This document shows positions 1 to 8,740 of a DNA stretch of 24,000 bases, piece after piece. Numbering within the stretch: the first letter of the stretch is position 1; every line of letters starts with the position of its first letter. Position numbers and translations under genes: made by a program. A model generated the notes under the pieces. That model made no database searches. It was given only the letters and a program-made list of their open reading frames with translations, and was not told the DNA's origin. The DNA comes from an uncultured Saprospiraceae bacterium. GTDB taxonomy: Bacteria > Bacteroidota > Bacteroidia > Chitinophagales > Saprospiraceae. The stretch spans positions 1-24,000 of the forward strand of contig CAZPUF010000006.1 of assembly GCA_964589705.1 (NCBI GenBank), in the 5' to 3' direction.

Positions 1-1512
1 CCCAGCCATAATCATTCTTGCTACCCATAAGAAAATTATATCCCATCCAGTAACCAATACAGTTGTTGGATAATAGTATTCAATCTCCTTTCTGTCATAG
101 AAGCCATCAAATACACTCATTGGCCACAACCAAGATGAAAACCAAGTATCCAATACATCTTCATCTTGCTTTAAGTCTTCAATTTTCAATGTTTTATTGC
201 CAGTTTTCTCTTTGGCTTGAGCAAGTGCTTCTTCAGGTGTTTCTGCCACAAATACCTCATCCCCCAAATAATAGGCTGGAATTCGCTGCCCCCACCAGAG
301 TTGTCTCGATATGCACCAGTCACGAATGTTTTCCATCCAATGCCTGTAAGTATTTTTATACTTCTTAGGAAAGAAATCAACTGTATCATTCATCACAGCC
401 TCTAGCGCGGGTTCTGCTATGCGCTTCATATCTACGTACCACTGCAAGGATAGTTTAGGTTCTACGATAGCATTGGTACGTTCCGAGCGACCAACATTAT
501 GTACTAAATCTTCTTCTTCTACTAACTGTCCTGCTTCTCTAAGATCTGCTAGTATTAGCTTTCTGGCTTTAGCTCTGTCCTCTCCTACATAGAGCTTACC
601 AGCCTCGCTAACGGTCCCATCATCATTCATCATATCGATGACTTCAAGATTATGGGTCTTACCTATTTCATAATCGTTAGGATCATGCGCGGGTGTCACT
701 TTGAGTGCTCCAGTCCCAAACTCCTTGTCGACATAGCTATCGAAAATGATAGGAATCGCTCTGCCCAACAAAGGGACAATTGCTTTCTTTCCTTTAAAAT
801 GAGTATATCGTTCATCCTCAGGATTAACTGCTATCCCTGTATCCCCCAAAATAGTTTCTGGTCTTGTGGTCGCTATCGTGATGTAGTTAGCTTCTCCTTC
901 TATCTTATACTTAACGTGATATAGTTTGGCAGATTCTTCTTTGTATAGAACCTCTTCGTTAGATAGTACTGTCTGAGCTACTGGGTCCCAATTAACCATG
1001 CGTTGTCCCCGGTATAACTTACCTCTCTTATATAGTGAGACAAACACTTTGATGACGGCATTATATCGCTCTTCATCCATTGTAAATGCTGTTCTGTCCC
1101 AATCACATGAGGCCCCTAATTTTTTGAGTTGTTGCAAAATGATGCCACCATACTTATGTGTCCAATCCCAGGCATGTGTTAAAAATTCTTCTCTGGTCAA
1201 ATCAGATTTCTTAATCCCCTTCTCTCTAAGTGCTCTCACAACTTTTGCTTCAGTGGCAATAGATGCATGATCGGTCCCAGGCACAAAACAAGCATTCTTA
1301 CCTTCCAATCTGGCTTTCCTAGTGAGAACATCTTGTATAGTGACATTGAGCATATGTCCCATATGCAATACACCGGTAACGTTAGGCGGCGGTATAACAA
1401 TGGTATATGGTTCTCTGTCATCTGGCTTTGACTGGAAATACTTTCTTTCTTCCCAGTACTTATACCATTTCTCCTCTATCTGACTGGGATCGTATTTATT
1501 ACTCTTTTCCAT
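1..1512 (-). CDS. valS: Valyl-tRNA synthetase, N-terminal ~504 aa (partial; C-terminus lies beyond the window start)
   Basis: This minus-strand frame is open from the ATG at 1512-1510 to position 1. It is absent from the ORF track because it has no in-window stop. My translation starts [22 protein letters not shown]. It contains the class I HIGH region '[13 protein letters not shown]' and '[21 protein letters not shown]', '[16 protein letters not shown]' and '[14 protein letters not shown]', which are all characteristic of ValRS. The small + and - track ORFs between 63 and 1421 lie inside or antisense to it. Confidence 0.93.
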   Translation of the reverse strand, partial: MEKSNKYDPSQIEEKWYKYWEERKYFQSKPDDREPYTIVIPPPNVTGVLHMGHMLNVTIQDVLTRKARLEGKNACFVPGTDHASIATEAKVVRALREKGIKKSDLTREEFLTHAWDWTHKYGGIILQQLKKLGASCDWDRTAFTMDEERYNAVIKVFVSLYKRGKLYRGQRMVNWDPVAQTVLSNEEVLYKEESAKLYHVKYKIEGEANYITIATTRPETILGDTGIAVNPEDERYTHFKGKKAIVPLLGRAIPIIFDSYVDKEFGTGALKVTPAHDPNDYEIGKTHNLEVIDMMNDDGTVSEAGKLYVGEDRAKARKLILADLREAGQLVEEEDLVHNVGRSERTNAIVEPKLSLQWYVDMKRIAEPALEAVMNDTVDFFPKKYKNTYRHWMENIRDWCISRQLWWGQRIPAYYLGDEVFVAETPEEALAQAKEKTGNKTLKIEDLKQDEDVLDTWFSSWLWPMSVFDGFYDRKEIEYYYPTTVLVTGWDIIFLWVARMIMAG

Positions 1513-1516
1513 ACCT

Positions 1517-1524
1517 CAAAGATA
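1517..1524 (-). promoter_or_regulatory. Candidate Bacteroidota -7 promoter box (TAnnTTTG) for valS
   Basis: The plus strand 'caaagata' reads 'tatctttg' on the minus strand, a perfect TAnnTTTG. It lies only 5 nt upstream of the valS ATG, which would imply a leaderless or very short-leader mRNA. A chance match is also possible. Confidence 0.3.
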
Positions 1525-1631
1525 TAATTACAGATTCAAGGAAACCATAATATGTTTTATAGAAAAAAATCACTTCCCTTTACACCAAATATCTCTTAAC
1601 TTACATCTAATGATTACAACCGCTCTTATTC

Positions 1632-2186
1632 GTGTATAATGAATCACATATCATAGTAAAATGTAAAGCCCAGGATAGGGTTGCTCAAAAGACCTTATAC
1701 ACTAGGTATGCACCGCTGTTTTTTAGCATTTGCTTGAGATACATAAAAAATAGACCTGCAGCGGAGGATGTGATGATTGAGAGTTTTTACAGAATCTATA
1801 GTAAAATCAATCAATACAAGGGTAAAGGCAGTTTTGAGGGTTGGATGAAGCGAATTGTAATCAATGAATGTTTGATGTATCTGCGCAAAAACAATAACAT
1901 GAACATGCATCTCGAATTGGAAAAGGCTAAGAATATTAGCGAACCAGCTCAGATAATAAGTAACATCAATTTCAAAGAAGTCGTAGAACTACTGCAGCAA
2001 TTGCCTGCTGGTTATAGAACTATATTCAATCTGTATGTCATAGAGGGTTATAAGCATAGAGAAATTGCTGAAGAACTAGGGATAAGTATCAATACCAGTA
2101 AGTCCCAATTAATTTTGGCAAAAAAGAGACTTAGAGCACTCTACAAAAAAAAACATAATTATCACGTAAACTCAAACCAAATTTGA
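1632..2186 (+). CDS. ECF-type RNA polymerase sigma-70 family factor
   Basis: Region 2-like 'LYTRYAPLFFSICLRYIKNRPAAEDVMIESFYRIYSKINQYKGKGSFEGWMKRIVINECLMYLRK'. Region 4 HTH-like 'YRTIFNLYVIEGYKHREIAEELGISINTSKSQLILAKKRLRAL'. The start is a GTG at 1632, because no in-frame ATG lies upstream of the conserved N-terminus. Confidence 0.85.
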   Translation: MYNESHIIVKCKAQDRVAQKTLYTRYAPLFFSICLRYIKNRPAAEDVMIESFYRIYSKINQYKGKGSFEGWMKRIVINECLMYLRKNNNMNMHLELEKAKNISEPAQIISNINFKEVVELLQQLPAGYRTIFNLYVIEGYKHREIAEELGISINTSKSQLILAKKRLRALYKKKHNYHVNSNQI

Positions 2187-2192
2187 ATCCTA

Positions 2193-2540
2193 GTGAAAGA
2201 ATTTGACCACATAAAGAAGACTTCGCAATCAGCACAGACTCCACCTCCATCTCGAATCTGGGATAATGTGACCAGAAGGTTGGATAATGATAACAATGAG
2301 CACCTAATATCAAAGAGACAGCAGTATAGATGGTTCAGCATGACTGCTGCGTGTATAGCTTTTATTGCCGTGGGTTCAATGATATATCTCGAATCTAATA
2401 CACTGTCTGAGCCACCAAAAGGACATATAGCTGGATGGGAGGAACTTCAATCTACAAATTCAGCCTTTTACGATTCAAAAAAACTACATGGCCTTTATCA
2501 AGCCTATAATTCAAGGCAAGGAACCAATAATCCTATTTGA
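2193..2540 (+). CDS. Putative anti-sigma factor (single-pass membrane protein)
   Basis: It starts 7 nt after the sigma gene stop, at a GTG. The N-terminal 'PPPSRIWDNVTRRLD' resembles the short PSxxxWxxIxxxL segment common in small Bacteroidota anti-sigma proteins. There is one hydrophobic helix, 'WFSMTAACIAFIAVGSMIYL'. The function is inferred from position and topology only. Confidence 0.5.
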   Translation: MKEFDHIKKTSQSAQTPPPSRIWDNVTRRLDNDNNEHLISKRQQYRWFSMTAACIAFIAVGSMIYLESNTLSEPPKGHIAGWEELQSTNSAFYDSKKLHGLYQAYNSRQGTNNPI

Positions 2541-3732
2541 ATGGGCTTCTAGGCTGCCAATCATTTTCCGGGACGAATTGAGCCAACAATCTAGGCAGTA
2601 ATTTATTTATAGGCTTATTATGATACTTGAGATGTACATACATCTCATGGGGTACCGCGCCTACACTACTTTTAATTTCTAAAGCAGTTCGACTTAGATT
2701 TAGATAGCTGGCGTTGTCTTCTATAGCTGTCTCTATAAGTTTGAGTAGGATATTAAAGTAGATCTGATACGTTGAATTCAATTGGACATCATAACCAAGA
2801 AAGTGAGCATCCCCTTGGGGACCATTACTTATATAGGTGTAAAAGGCTATTAACTTTTCATCTAAGAATACACCGACCAACTTCAGTTTATCACCCATCT
2901 GCTTCTTAAGCGCTCCAAAATAGCCCTCACCCAATAGAAATAAGCTAAAGACCGCTCTATCAGCTGTTTTCTTATAGAGCTTATACATATCATTATTATA
3001 TCTCTCAGCACCAGCTTCATCAAGTTCTCTAAAGGTAAGCGCATCGCCTTTCTTCTTTACTTTTTTGAATTTGACTCTGTATTTTGATTTGACGGCTTTG
3101 AGATAATCATCATAAGTTGTCCAATCTTCATGCAAATGAATGACCATATCGGGCTGCACAACAAACTGAGTATAATCTTGATGGTTAAATGTTAATTTCT
3201 GCAAAGGTCCTTCCTTATAGAAATCCTTGAGTAAGGTGCTATTGATCTTTACGCCTTGCTCTTTTTTCGCATAGACTATAACCTCTGATAGTATTGTGGA
3301 AGCCAACTCTGAAGTATGAGTGGTTATTGCAGCATCTAGCCTCATCCCGAACTCCCCTGTCAATAATACATTACCACAAACAAGGATATTATGTTTGATA
3401 AAACCAAAGGCGAACTTAGTCAGTGACACCTTAATTTTTTCCCAAAGAGCTTCACTATGTGCATGTACTCTGAAATCTTCCTTAAGCTTGATTTGTTTGC
3501 ATTGACAATATACTAGCCCAACGATCTGCTCTTGCAGATATACACAGACATAATAGTATCTATAACCTATTGGACCTTGGGATTCCAGGACACTTAAATA
3601 ATCTGATTGTACGTACACATTCTCACCACAATGCCTGTCCCACTGCTCAATAATATTGCTGATATTATCAGTAATAGTAATGCTCAAGCCCTTATAGCTT
3701 GGAACAGAAAGTGATGTTGAATACGGCGTCAT
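2533..3732 (-). CDS. FemAB-like / BioF2-like (Acetyltransf_6-type) GNAT-superfamily acyltransferase, function unknown
   Basis: 399-aa ORF. The C-terminal half 'YRVKFKKVKKKG...LVGVFLDEKLIAFYTYISNGPQGDAHFLGYDVQLNSTYQIYFNILLKLIETAIEDNASYLNLSRTALEIKSSVGA' follows the pattern I associate with FemAB/BioF2-like acetyltransferase domains. The family assignment is from memory and the substrate is unknown. Confidence 0.5.
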   Translation of the reverse strand: MTPYSTSLSVPSYKGLSITITDNISNIIEQWDRHCGENVYVQSDYLSVLESQGPIGYRYYYVCVYLQEQIVGLVYCQCKQIKLKEDFRVHAHSEALWEKIKVSLTKFAFGFIKHNILVCGNVLLTGEFGMRLDAAITTHTSELASTILSEVIVYAKKEQGVKINSTLLKDFYKEGPLQKLTFNHQDYTQFVVQPDMVIHLHEDWTTYDDYLKAVKSKYRVKFKKVKKKGDALTFRELDEAGAERYNNDMYKLYKKTADRAVFSLFLLGEGYFGALKKQMGDKLKLVGVFLDEKLIAFYTYISNGPQGDAHFLGYDVQLNSTYQIYFNILLKLIETAIEDNASYLNLSRTALEIKSSVGAVPHEMYVHLKYHNKPINKLLPRLLAQFVPENDWQPRSPFK

Positions 3733-3760
3733 TAATTATGTAAGAATGCTTGATATAAGA

Positions 3761-4267
3761 TTATTGTATTTCGCGTATAGCTTTATAGGCTTGAGACCAT
3801 TTATAAGAATTACATTTTTCTAATCCACATTGTGCTCTAAACCAATATTCGATAGCCATTTGAAGATCATTATTGATACTCATGAATGTTGAAAAATTAT
3901 CTCCAAGTTTCTTATTATCTACTGTGGCATATGAACTCACTAAGAATCTATGCTCTACTGTGTCAGTTTTAAATGAAAATAAACTCAAAGGTTTGACATT
4001 AACAGTCTGGCCCTTCTCTAGTCGTTGACTAAGTATAATTGTTTTTAATGGCGTCTTTCTATTATCGTGAGTCACTTCTCCAACATTAAAGAAAGGTGGC
4101 ACCTCCAAGTCTTCAAATGGAGAATACACCTCACCTGCTGGCACAAAGATGGTAGATTCCAAAATACCATCTTTATATAAAACATCAGGCTTCTCTGATT
4201 TGGAGGAATTTGAGCATGAAAACAGTAGCGAAAGGGCTACCAAAGCAAATATAATTTGGTTTGACAT
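3761..4267 (-). CDS. Hypothetical lipoprotein
   Basis: The track ORF runs 3761..4291 from a GTG. I prefer the internal ATG at 4267, which gives 'MSNQIIFALVALSLLFSCSNS', a classical signal peptide with a lipobox Cys. I recognise no family. It lies 28 nt upstream of the 2533..3732 gene on the same strand, so the two may be co-transcribed. Confidence 0.7.
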   Translation of the reverse strand: MSNQIIFALVALSLLFSCSNSSKSEKPDVLYKDGILESTIFVPAGEVYSPFEDLEVPPFFNVGEVTHDNRKTPLKTIILSQRLEKGQTVNVKPLSLFSFKTDTVEHRFLVSSYATVDNKKLGDNFSTFMSINNDLQMAIEYWFRAQCGLEKCNSYKWSQAYKAIREIQ

Positions 4268-4290
4268 TGGAGTATTTCTGTGATCTAACA

Positions 4291-4319
4291 CTAATATTGC
4301 AATATTAGCTAAATATTAG
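4291..4319. promoter_or_regulatory. Candidate operator: perfect 18-bp palindrome plus an adjacent third half-site
   Basis: 'ctaatattgcaatattag' (4291-4308) is its own reverse complement. It is followed directly by 'ctaaatattag' (4309-4319), which repeats the half-site with one extra base. It sits in the divergent intergenic region between the lipoprotein gene (-) and the AhpD-like/ArsS operon (+). Confidence 0.35.
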
Positions 4320-4402
4320 ATTTGTCACCATCTAACATAGATGCTGATGACAGATGACGTTTAAGTAATTAATTCGTTTACTTTGCAGCAAATTTAGATT
4401 CA

Positions 4403-4738
4403 ATGAGTCAATCTTACTTTAAACCAGAAGACTTAAAAAAGTTTGGGAATATTACCGATTTCCAAAAAGAGTATGGCGAAAAGTTCTTTGAGTACTATAA
4501 CTCTGTGTTTCAAGAAGGTAGTCTAACTGCTCGTGAGAAGGCATTAATCGCGTTGGCTGTTGCTCATGCTGTTAATTGCCCTTACTGTATGGATGCCTAT
4601 ACCAATGCCTGCCTTAAGAAAGGCGCTGATGAAGAACAAATGATGGAAGCAGTCCATGTTGCTGGCGCAATAAAGTGTGGTGCTACCTTAGTAAATAGTG
4701 TTCAGATGATGAATCAGGTAAATAAAAAATTAATGTAA
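4403..4738 (+). CDS. AhpD-like carboxymuconolactone decarboxylase-family protein (the arsenosugar biosynthesis-associated peroxidase-like partner of ArsS)
   Basis: 111 aa. 'REKALIALAVAHAVNCPYCMDAYTNACLKKGADEEQMMEAVHVAG' carries the AhpD/CMD CxxC motif ('CPYC'). Its stop overlaps the ArsS start within 'taATG', and this pairing is typical for the family. Confidence 0.8.
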   Translation: MSQSYFKPEDLKKFGNITDFQKEYGEKFFEYYNSVFQEGSLTAREKALIALAVAHAVNCPYCMDAYTNACLKKGADEEQMMEAVHVAGAIKCGATLVNSVQMMNQVNKKLM

Positions 4739-5808
4739 TGGGGGTAAAGCAAAAGACTAAAAGTTTAAAGGCGAGAGGAAGTAGCCTTTCTAGCACATTC
4801 ATGCAACTGAAGGTCCTTAGTGGTCGTGAGGAGGTTAAGGTTGATATTCCCCATTTCGAAAAAAGGATAGGAGAACACGGATTAGATCAAGGTATCCTAC
4901 CTTCTAAGGTTGACATATTTCAGATTAATATCGGAAAATTATGCAACCAGACCTGTGCTCACTGCCATGTAGATGCTGGTCCTGATAAGAAAGAGGAAAA
5001 TATGGATTTGGCCACTCTTGAGAAGTGCCTTGAGATAATCATCGATCATGATATCCCTACTGTGGATATTACAGGTGGAGCGCCTGAGATGAATCCACAC
5101 TTTAGATGGTTTGTAGAGGAGTGTTATAAAGCTGGTAAAAAAGTGATGGTGAGATGTAATCTGACGATTATAATGGCTAATAAAAAATACCATGATCTGC
5201 CGGATTTCTTTAAAGCTAATGGGGTTCAAGTTGTTTCTTCACTACCTTACTTCAGCAAAAACCGAACAGATTCTCAGAGGGGAGATGGTGTCTTTGAAGA
5301 TAGTATATCCGCTCTACAGCGCCTTAATGAAGTAGGTTATGGCAAAGAAGGTACTGGCTTGATTTTGGATTTAGTACACAATCCTTCTGGAGCATATCTT
5401 CCTGGAAACCAAGCTGAATTAGAGTCAGAATTCAAAAGACAACTCAAGACGAAGTTTGATATAGAGTTCAATGCCTTATATGCTATTACAAATCTGCCAG
5501 TGAGTAGATTCTTGGAGTACCTAATAGAGAGTGGTAATTACGAAGAGTATATGATTGAGCTGTCAAATGCATTTAATCCCATGACATTGGATGGATTAAT
5601 GTGCAAGAATACATTATCTATTAGCTGGGATGGATATATCCATGATTGTGACTTCAATCAAATGTTGGATTTAAAATCAAATGTCAAGCATCCGCATATC
5701 AATGACTTTGATATGGATAGCTTAATGGCCCGAAAAATTATTACAAACCAACATTGCTATGGTTGCACTGCTGGTGCAGGAAGTAGCTGTGGTGGGGAGG
5801 TTGTTTAA
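4738..5808 (+). CDS. arsS: Radical SAM/Cys-rich domain protein, ArsS-type (arsenosugar biosynthesis radical SAM protein family)
   Basis: The radical SAM cluster motif CX3CX2C is 'CNQTCAHC'. The Cys-rich C-terminus is 'HCYGCTAGAGSSCGGEVV'. It is translationally coupled to the upstream AhpD-like gene. Confidence 0.8.
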   Translation: MGVKQKTKSLKARGSSLSSTFMQLKVLSGREEVKVDIPHFEKRIGEHGLDQGILPSKVDIFQINIGKLCNQTCAHCHVDAGPDKKEENMDLATLEKCLEIIIDHDIPTVDITGGAPEMNPHFRWFVEECYKAGKKVMVRCNLTIIMANKKYHDLPDFFKANGVQVVSSLPYFSKNRTDSQRGDGVFEDSISALQRLNEVGYGKEGTGLILDLVHNPSGAYLPGNQAELESEFKRQLKTKFDIEFNALYAITNLPVSRFLEYLIESGNYEEYMIELSNAFNPMTLDGLMCKNTLSISWDGYIHDCDFNQMLDLKSNVKHPHINDFDMDSLMARKIITNQHCYGCTAGAGSSCGGEVV

Positions 5809-5884
5809 TAGCATTGCGGTCTGTAACTTCAATTTTAACCTAGATTTATATTGCATAACAAATTATTATGCTGATAGCAATCGT

Positions 5885-5892
5885 TAATTTTG
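5885..5892 (+). promoter_or_regulatory. Candidate Bacteroidota -7 promoter box (TAnnTTTG)
   Basis: 'taattttg' is a perfect TAnnTTTG. It ends 20 nt upstream of the ATG at 5913. Confidence 0.45.
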
Positions 5893-5912
5893 CAGTGCTT
5901 TAATAACAAATT

Positions 5913-6662
5913 ATGACTATTAGACTTTTAGTTGGACTTATCACTTGGTCCTTCGTTATGCTTTCTTGCAAAACAACAAAAGAGGTTATCCAACCGACAG
6001 TGAATCTGGAAGATGTGGCCGTCACTCAGGACGATCTTGTATTTAAATTGAAAAAAGGAGCTTGTTATGGAAGCTGCCCTCATTATGAGTTCAATATATA
6101 TGACAATATGTATGCTGAATTTATTGGGGCTAGGAATACAGATAAAATTGGCACTTATGCAAAATTTATCACAAAGGAAGAATTTACAAATCTGACATCT
6201 GAGTTTGACAAAGCCAAATTTCATGATCTGGACGATAATTACCCCAGTAATATAGCAGACCTACCTACTATGAGGATATCATATAATAAGGATGCAGTAT
6301 TGAAAACAGTAGCAGGGAAGCGAGAAAGACCAGAATCTGTCCACAAACTTCAATTCATGTTAGAAAAGATAGCAGAACACCAGGAGGGATGGACTAAGAT
6401 TAGCGATAACACAGGAATAAATGTTGAAGCAAAAATTAATAAATCACAGATTGTAGTTGATATAGCAAAAGGCAACGAGTTGGCGAGATGGTTTGATAAG
6501 ATGAAAACTCAATTTGGATTTCAAATTGTGGAAAGGTTAAAAAATGATAGTAGTTCTTGGTTGATTACTTATAACACTAAGAAACATACACCTGAAGAAG
6601 TCCTCACCTACCTTCAATCCGATCCTGTTGTAGGTTCTGCAGAATTCAAAAAAGAAAATTAA
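5913..6662 (+). CDS. Hypothetical lipoprotein with a DUF6438-like N-terminal domain
   Basis: Signal/lipobox 'LVGLITWSFVMLSCKT'. 'KKGACYGSCPHYEFNIY' matches the CxGxCPxY signature I associate with DUF6438. The C-terminal ~80 aa are unassigned. Confidence 0.65.
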   Translation: MTIRLLVGLITWSFVMLSCKTTKEVIQPTVNLEDVAVTQDDLVFKLKKGACYGSCPHYEFNIYDNMYAEFIGARNTDKIGTYAKFITKEEFTNLTSEFDKAKFHDLDDNYPSNIADLPTMRISYNKDAVLKTVAGKRERPESVHKLQFMLEKIAEHQEGWTKISDNTGINVEAKINKSQIVVDIAKGNELARWFDKMKTQFGFQIVERLKNDSSSWLITYNTKKHTPEEVLTYLQSDPVVGSAEFKKEN

Positions 6663-6722
6663 ACATCCTTTTATATCGCTATCAGATGTGACTTAGAAGA
6701 TGCATTTCAGTCATATTACAGA

Positions 6723-6730
6723 TATCTTTG
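6723..6730 (+). promoter_or_regulatory. Candidate Bacteroidota -7 promoter box (TAnnTTTG)
   Basis: 'tatctttg' is a perfect TAnnTTTG. It ends 19 nt upstream of the ATG at 6750. Confidence 0.45.
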
Positions 6731-6749
6731 ATATAAAATTTCAAGTGAT

Positions 6750-7718
6750 ATGGGTAGAATATTTATAATGGTGACGGTTATGTTTTGGAGTGCGATATGT
6801 GTTGCTCAAAATCATATAGTTGTAGACAAAGCTATCCAGGCAAAAGTCAATCAACACAACCAGACCTACTTCACTCATGAGATAAAGAAAGGAGAAACCT
6901 TATATAGTCTTGCAAGGTATTTCAAAATACCTCTCACTGACTTACTGCTAGTGAACAAAATGAAAAGCGGTAAAACGCTTCCCCTCGGTGCAACCGTAAT
7001 TATTCCCCTAGCTGTAGAGCACATTAAAAATACAGCTTACAAAAAATCTGATAGCTGGACACCAATATACTACCAAGTCAAAAAACAAGAAACGCTATAT
7101 AGAATATCGAAGGTCTATTTTCCTCAACAATTGGAGGACTTAATTAAAAGAAACAACACGAGATCATTTGCTGTCAAGCCAGGAGAGCATCTATTGGTCG
7201 GTTGGTGGGCAGCACCTCAGGATGAAAAAGACTTATCTGACTTAACCAGACGTATCAAGCAAAGATTGAAAGAACGGTTACAGAATAATGGGCCTCCAGT
7301 CACCCAAGCTCCAGAGCAAACACCTACTTCATCCGATACGTTATCTACGGCTACTGAAAGTGATGAACTGATCAGTGAGCTTGATGATATTTTATCTCAG
7401 ATAGAAGATATATCAGAGAACACTGACTCCACTGATACCCAAGTCACAGAATTCAATTATAAGAAAGGTATTGCCTATTGGGATAAAGAAGGCCACGATA
7501 GAGAAAATCTATTTGTGATGCACAGTAAGGCAAAAGCTAATTCATATATCAGTTTGAGATATTCTGTGACAGGGAAGGAAGTAACCGCGCAGGTTATCAG
7601 CCCAATTCCATCCAATTTGTATGCTGCAGATGTTGACATAGTCATTACGCCGGCAGTGGCCCAAGCATTAGGCGCATTAGATAGTCGATTTGAGATTCAA
7701 ATGGACTATTACGAATAA
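6750..7718 (+). CDS. Secreted LysM-repeat (peptidoglycan-binding) protein
   Basis: Signal peptide 'MGRIFIMVTVMFWSAICVAQ'. Two LysM-like units: 'HEIKKGETLYSLARYFKIPLTDLLLVNKMKSGKTLPLGATVIIP' and 'YQVKKQETLYRISKVYF...LIKRNNTRSFAVKPGEHLLVG'. These are followed by an acidic Ser/Thr-rich linker. The C-terminal ~90 aa ('GIAYWDKEG...VTAQVISPIP...DIVITPAVAQALG') may be RlpA/DPBB-like, but that is tentative. Confidence 0.75.
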   Translation: MGRIFIMVTVMFWSAICVAQNHIVVDKAIQAKVNQHNQTYFTHEIKKGETLYSLARYFKIPLTDLLLVNKMKSGKTLPLGATVIIPLAVEHIKNTAYKKSDSWTPIYYQVKKQETLYRISKVYFPQQLEDLIKRNNTRSFAVKPGEHLLVGWWAAPQDEKDLSDLTRRIKQRLKERLQNNGPPVTQAPEQTPTSSDTLSTATESDELISELDDILSQIEDISENTDSTDTQVTEFNYKKGIAYWDKEGHDRENLFVMHSKAKANSYISLRYSVTGKEVTAQVISPIPSNLYAADVDIVITPAVAQALGALDSRFEIQMDYYE

Positions 7719-7733
7719 GAAAACAAAGAGAAA

Positions 7734-8708
7734 ATGTATCATAAAAACGTGCTTTCAACGATTGGTAATACGCCACTCATCAAACTCAACAAGGTAGTGG
7801 AGGATATTCCAGGCACAATTTTAGCCAAGGTGGAGACTTTTAATCCAGGCCATAGCATTAAAGACAGAATGGCTTTGATGATGATAGAAGATGCTGAAAA
7901 AGATGGCAGACTCCAACCTGGTGGCACTATTATAGAATGCACTTCAGGTAATACAGGTATGGGCTTAGCGTTAGCCGCTTGTGTCAAAGGATATAAATGC
8001 ATCTTTACCACAACCGATAAGCAATCGCCAGAAAAATTTGACATACTTAGGGCTGTTGGCGCTGAAGTCATTGTCTGCCCTACAAATGTAACTGCAGATG
8101 ATCCGCAATCCTATTATTCTGTTGCCGAGAGGTTATCTAAAGAAACTCCCAACTCCTTCTGGTGCAATCAATATGATAATCTATCTAATAGAAAAGCACA
8201 CTATCTCTCAACGGGCCCAGAGATATGGAAACAAACGGAAGGTAAAATCACTCATCTGCTAGCTGGGGTTGGTACAGGTGGCACCATATCTGGAACGGGA
8301 AAATATTTAAAAGAACAAAATCCAAATATCAGAATTCTTGGAATAGACACCTATGGATCTGCATTGAAGAAATATCATGAAACGGGCGAATTAGATGAAG
8401 GTGAGATTTATCCATACATCACTGAAGGCATTGGGGAAGATATTATTCCTGCCAATATCGACTTTGAAACGATAGACAGAATGGAGAAGGTTACAGATAA
8501 GGATGGTGCATTGATGTGCAGAAGATTGGCAAGGGAAGAAGGCTTATTGCTGGGGTACTCAGCAGGGTCAGCTGTTGCTGGATTAGGGAAATTTGCTGAT
8601 GAATTAAATGACGATTCTTTGGTTGTTATTATCATACATGACCACGGCACACGTTATATAGGTAAGATGTACAATGATGAATGGATGAAAAAAAATGACT
8701 TCATCTAA
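7734..8708 (+). CDS. PLP-dependent cysteine synthase / cystathionine beta-synthase-family enzyme
   Basis: 'NPGHSIKDRMALMMIEDAEKDGRLQPGGTIIECTSGNTGMGLALAA' contains the PLP-lysine in 'SIKDR' and the 'TSGNTG' motif. A 'GVGTGGTISG' phosphate-binding loop is also present. I cannot separate CysK, CysM and CBS-core from sequence reading alone. Confidence 0.85.
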   Translation: MYHKNVLSTIGNTPLIKLNKVVEDIPGTILAKVETFNPGHSIKDRMALMMIEDAEKDGRLQPGGTIIECTSGNTGMGLALAACVKGYKCIFTTTDKQSPEKFDILRAVGAEVIVCPTNVTADDPQSYYSVAERLSKETPNSFWCNQYDNLSNRKAHYLSTGPEIWKQTEGKITHLLAGVGTGGTISGTGKYLKEQNPNIRILGIDTYGSALKKYHETGELDEGEIYPYITEGIGEDIIPANIDFETIDRMEKVTDKDGALMCRRLAREEGLLLGYSAGSAVAGLGKFADELNDDSLVVIIIHDHGTRYIGKMYNDEWMKKNDFI

Positions 8709-8740
8709 CTCAGCAATAAATTAATAATCAAACAACAACA

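Noticed and set aside
63-1421. Track ORFs 63..368, 186..389, 217..405, 652..924, 998..1270 and 1236..1421
   Set aside because: All fall inside the clearly recognisable valS reading frame on the minus strand, either antisense or in an alternative frame. Their translations have no family features.
1634-1639. 'tataat' sigma-70 -10-like hexamer at the 5' end of the ECF sigma gene
   Set aside because: It lies inside the only plausible start region of the CDS (GTG at 1632). Bacteroidota primary promoters use TAnnTTTG rather than TATAAT, so this is probably coincidental in AT-rich DNA.
3761-4267. The idea that the lipoprotein is an inorganic pyrophosphatase-like protein
   Set aside because: This rested only on a vague resemblance of one segment. 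I could not find the Asp-rich PPase active-site motifs, so the gene is left as hypothetical.
4268-4291. GTG start at 4291 for the lipoprotein ('MLDHRNTP' extension)
   Set aside because: The ATG at 4267 yields a canonical signal peptide and lipobox. The GTG start would overlap the palindrome in the promoter region.
5855-5914. 12-bp direct repeat 'ataacaaattat' (5855-5866 and 5903-5914). The second copy overlaps the 5913 start codon. The first precedes an 11-codon mini-ORF (MLIAIVNFAVL) and sits within a 6-bp hairpin, 'gcataa...ttatgc'.
   Set aside because: The sequence is AT-rich and short, so a chance repeat at this spacing is plausible. The mini-ORF has no supporting signal. A leader-peptide or attenuator reading would be pure speculation without conservation data.
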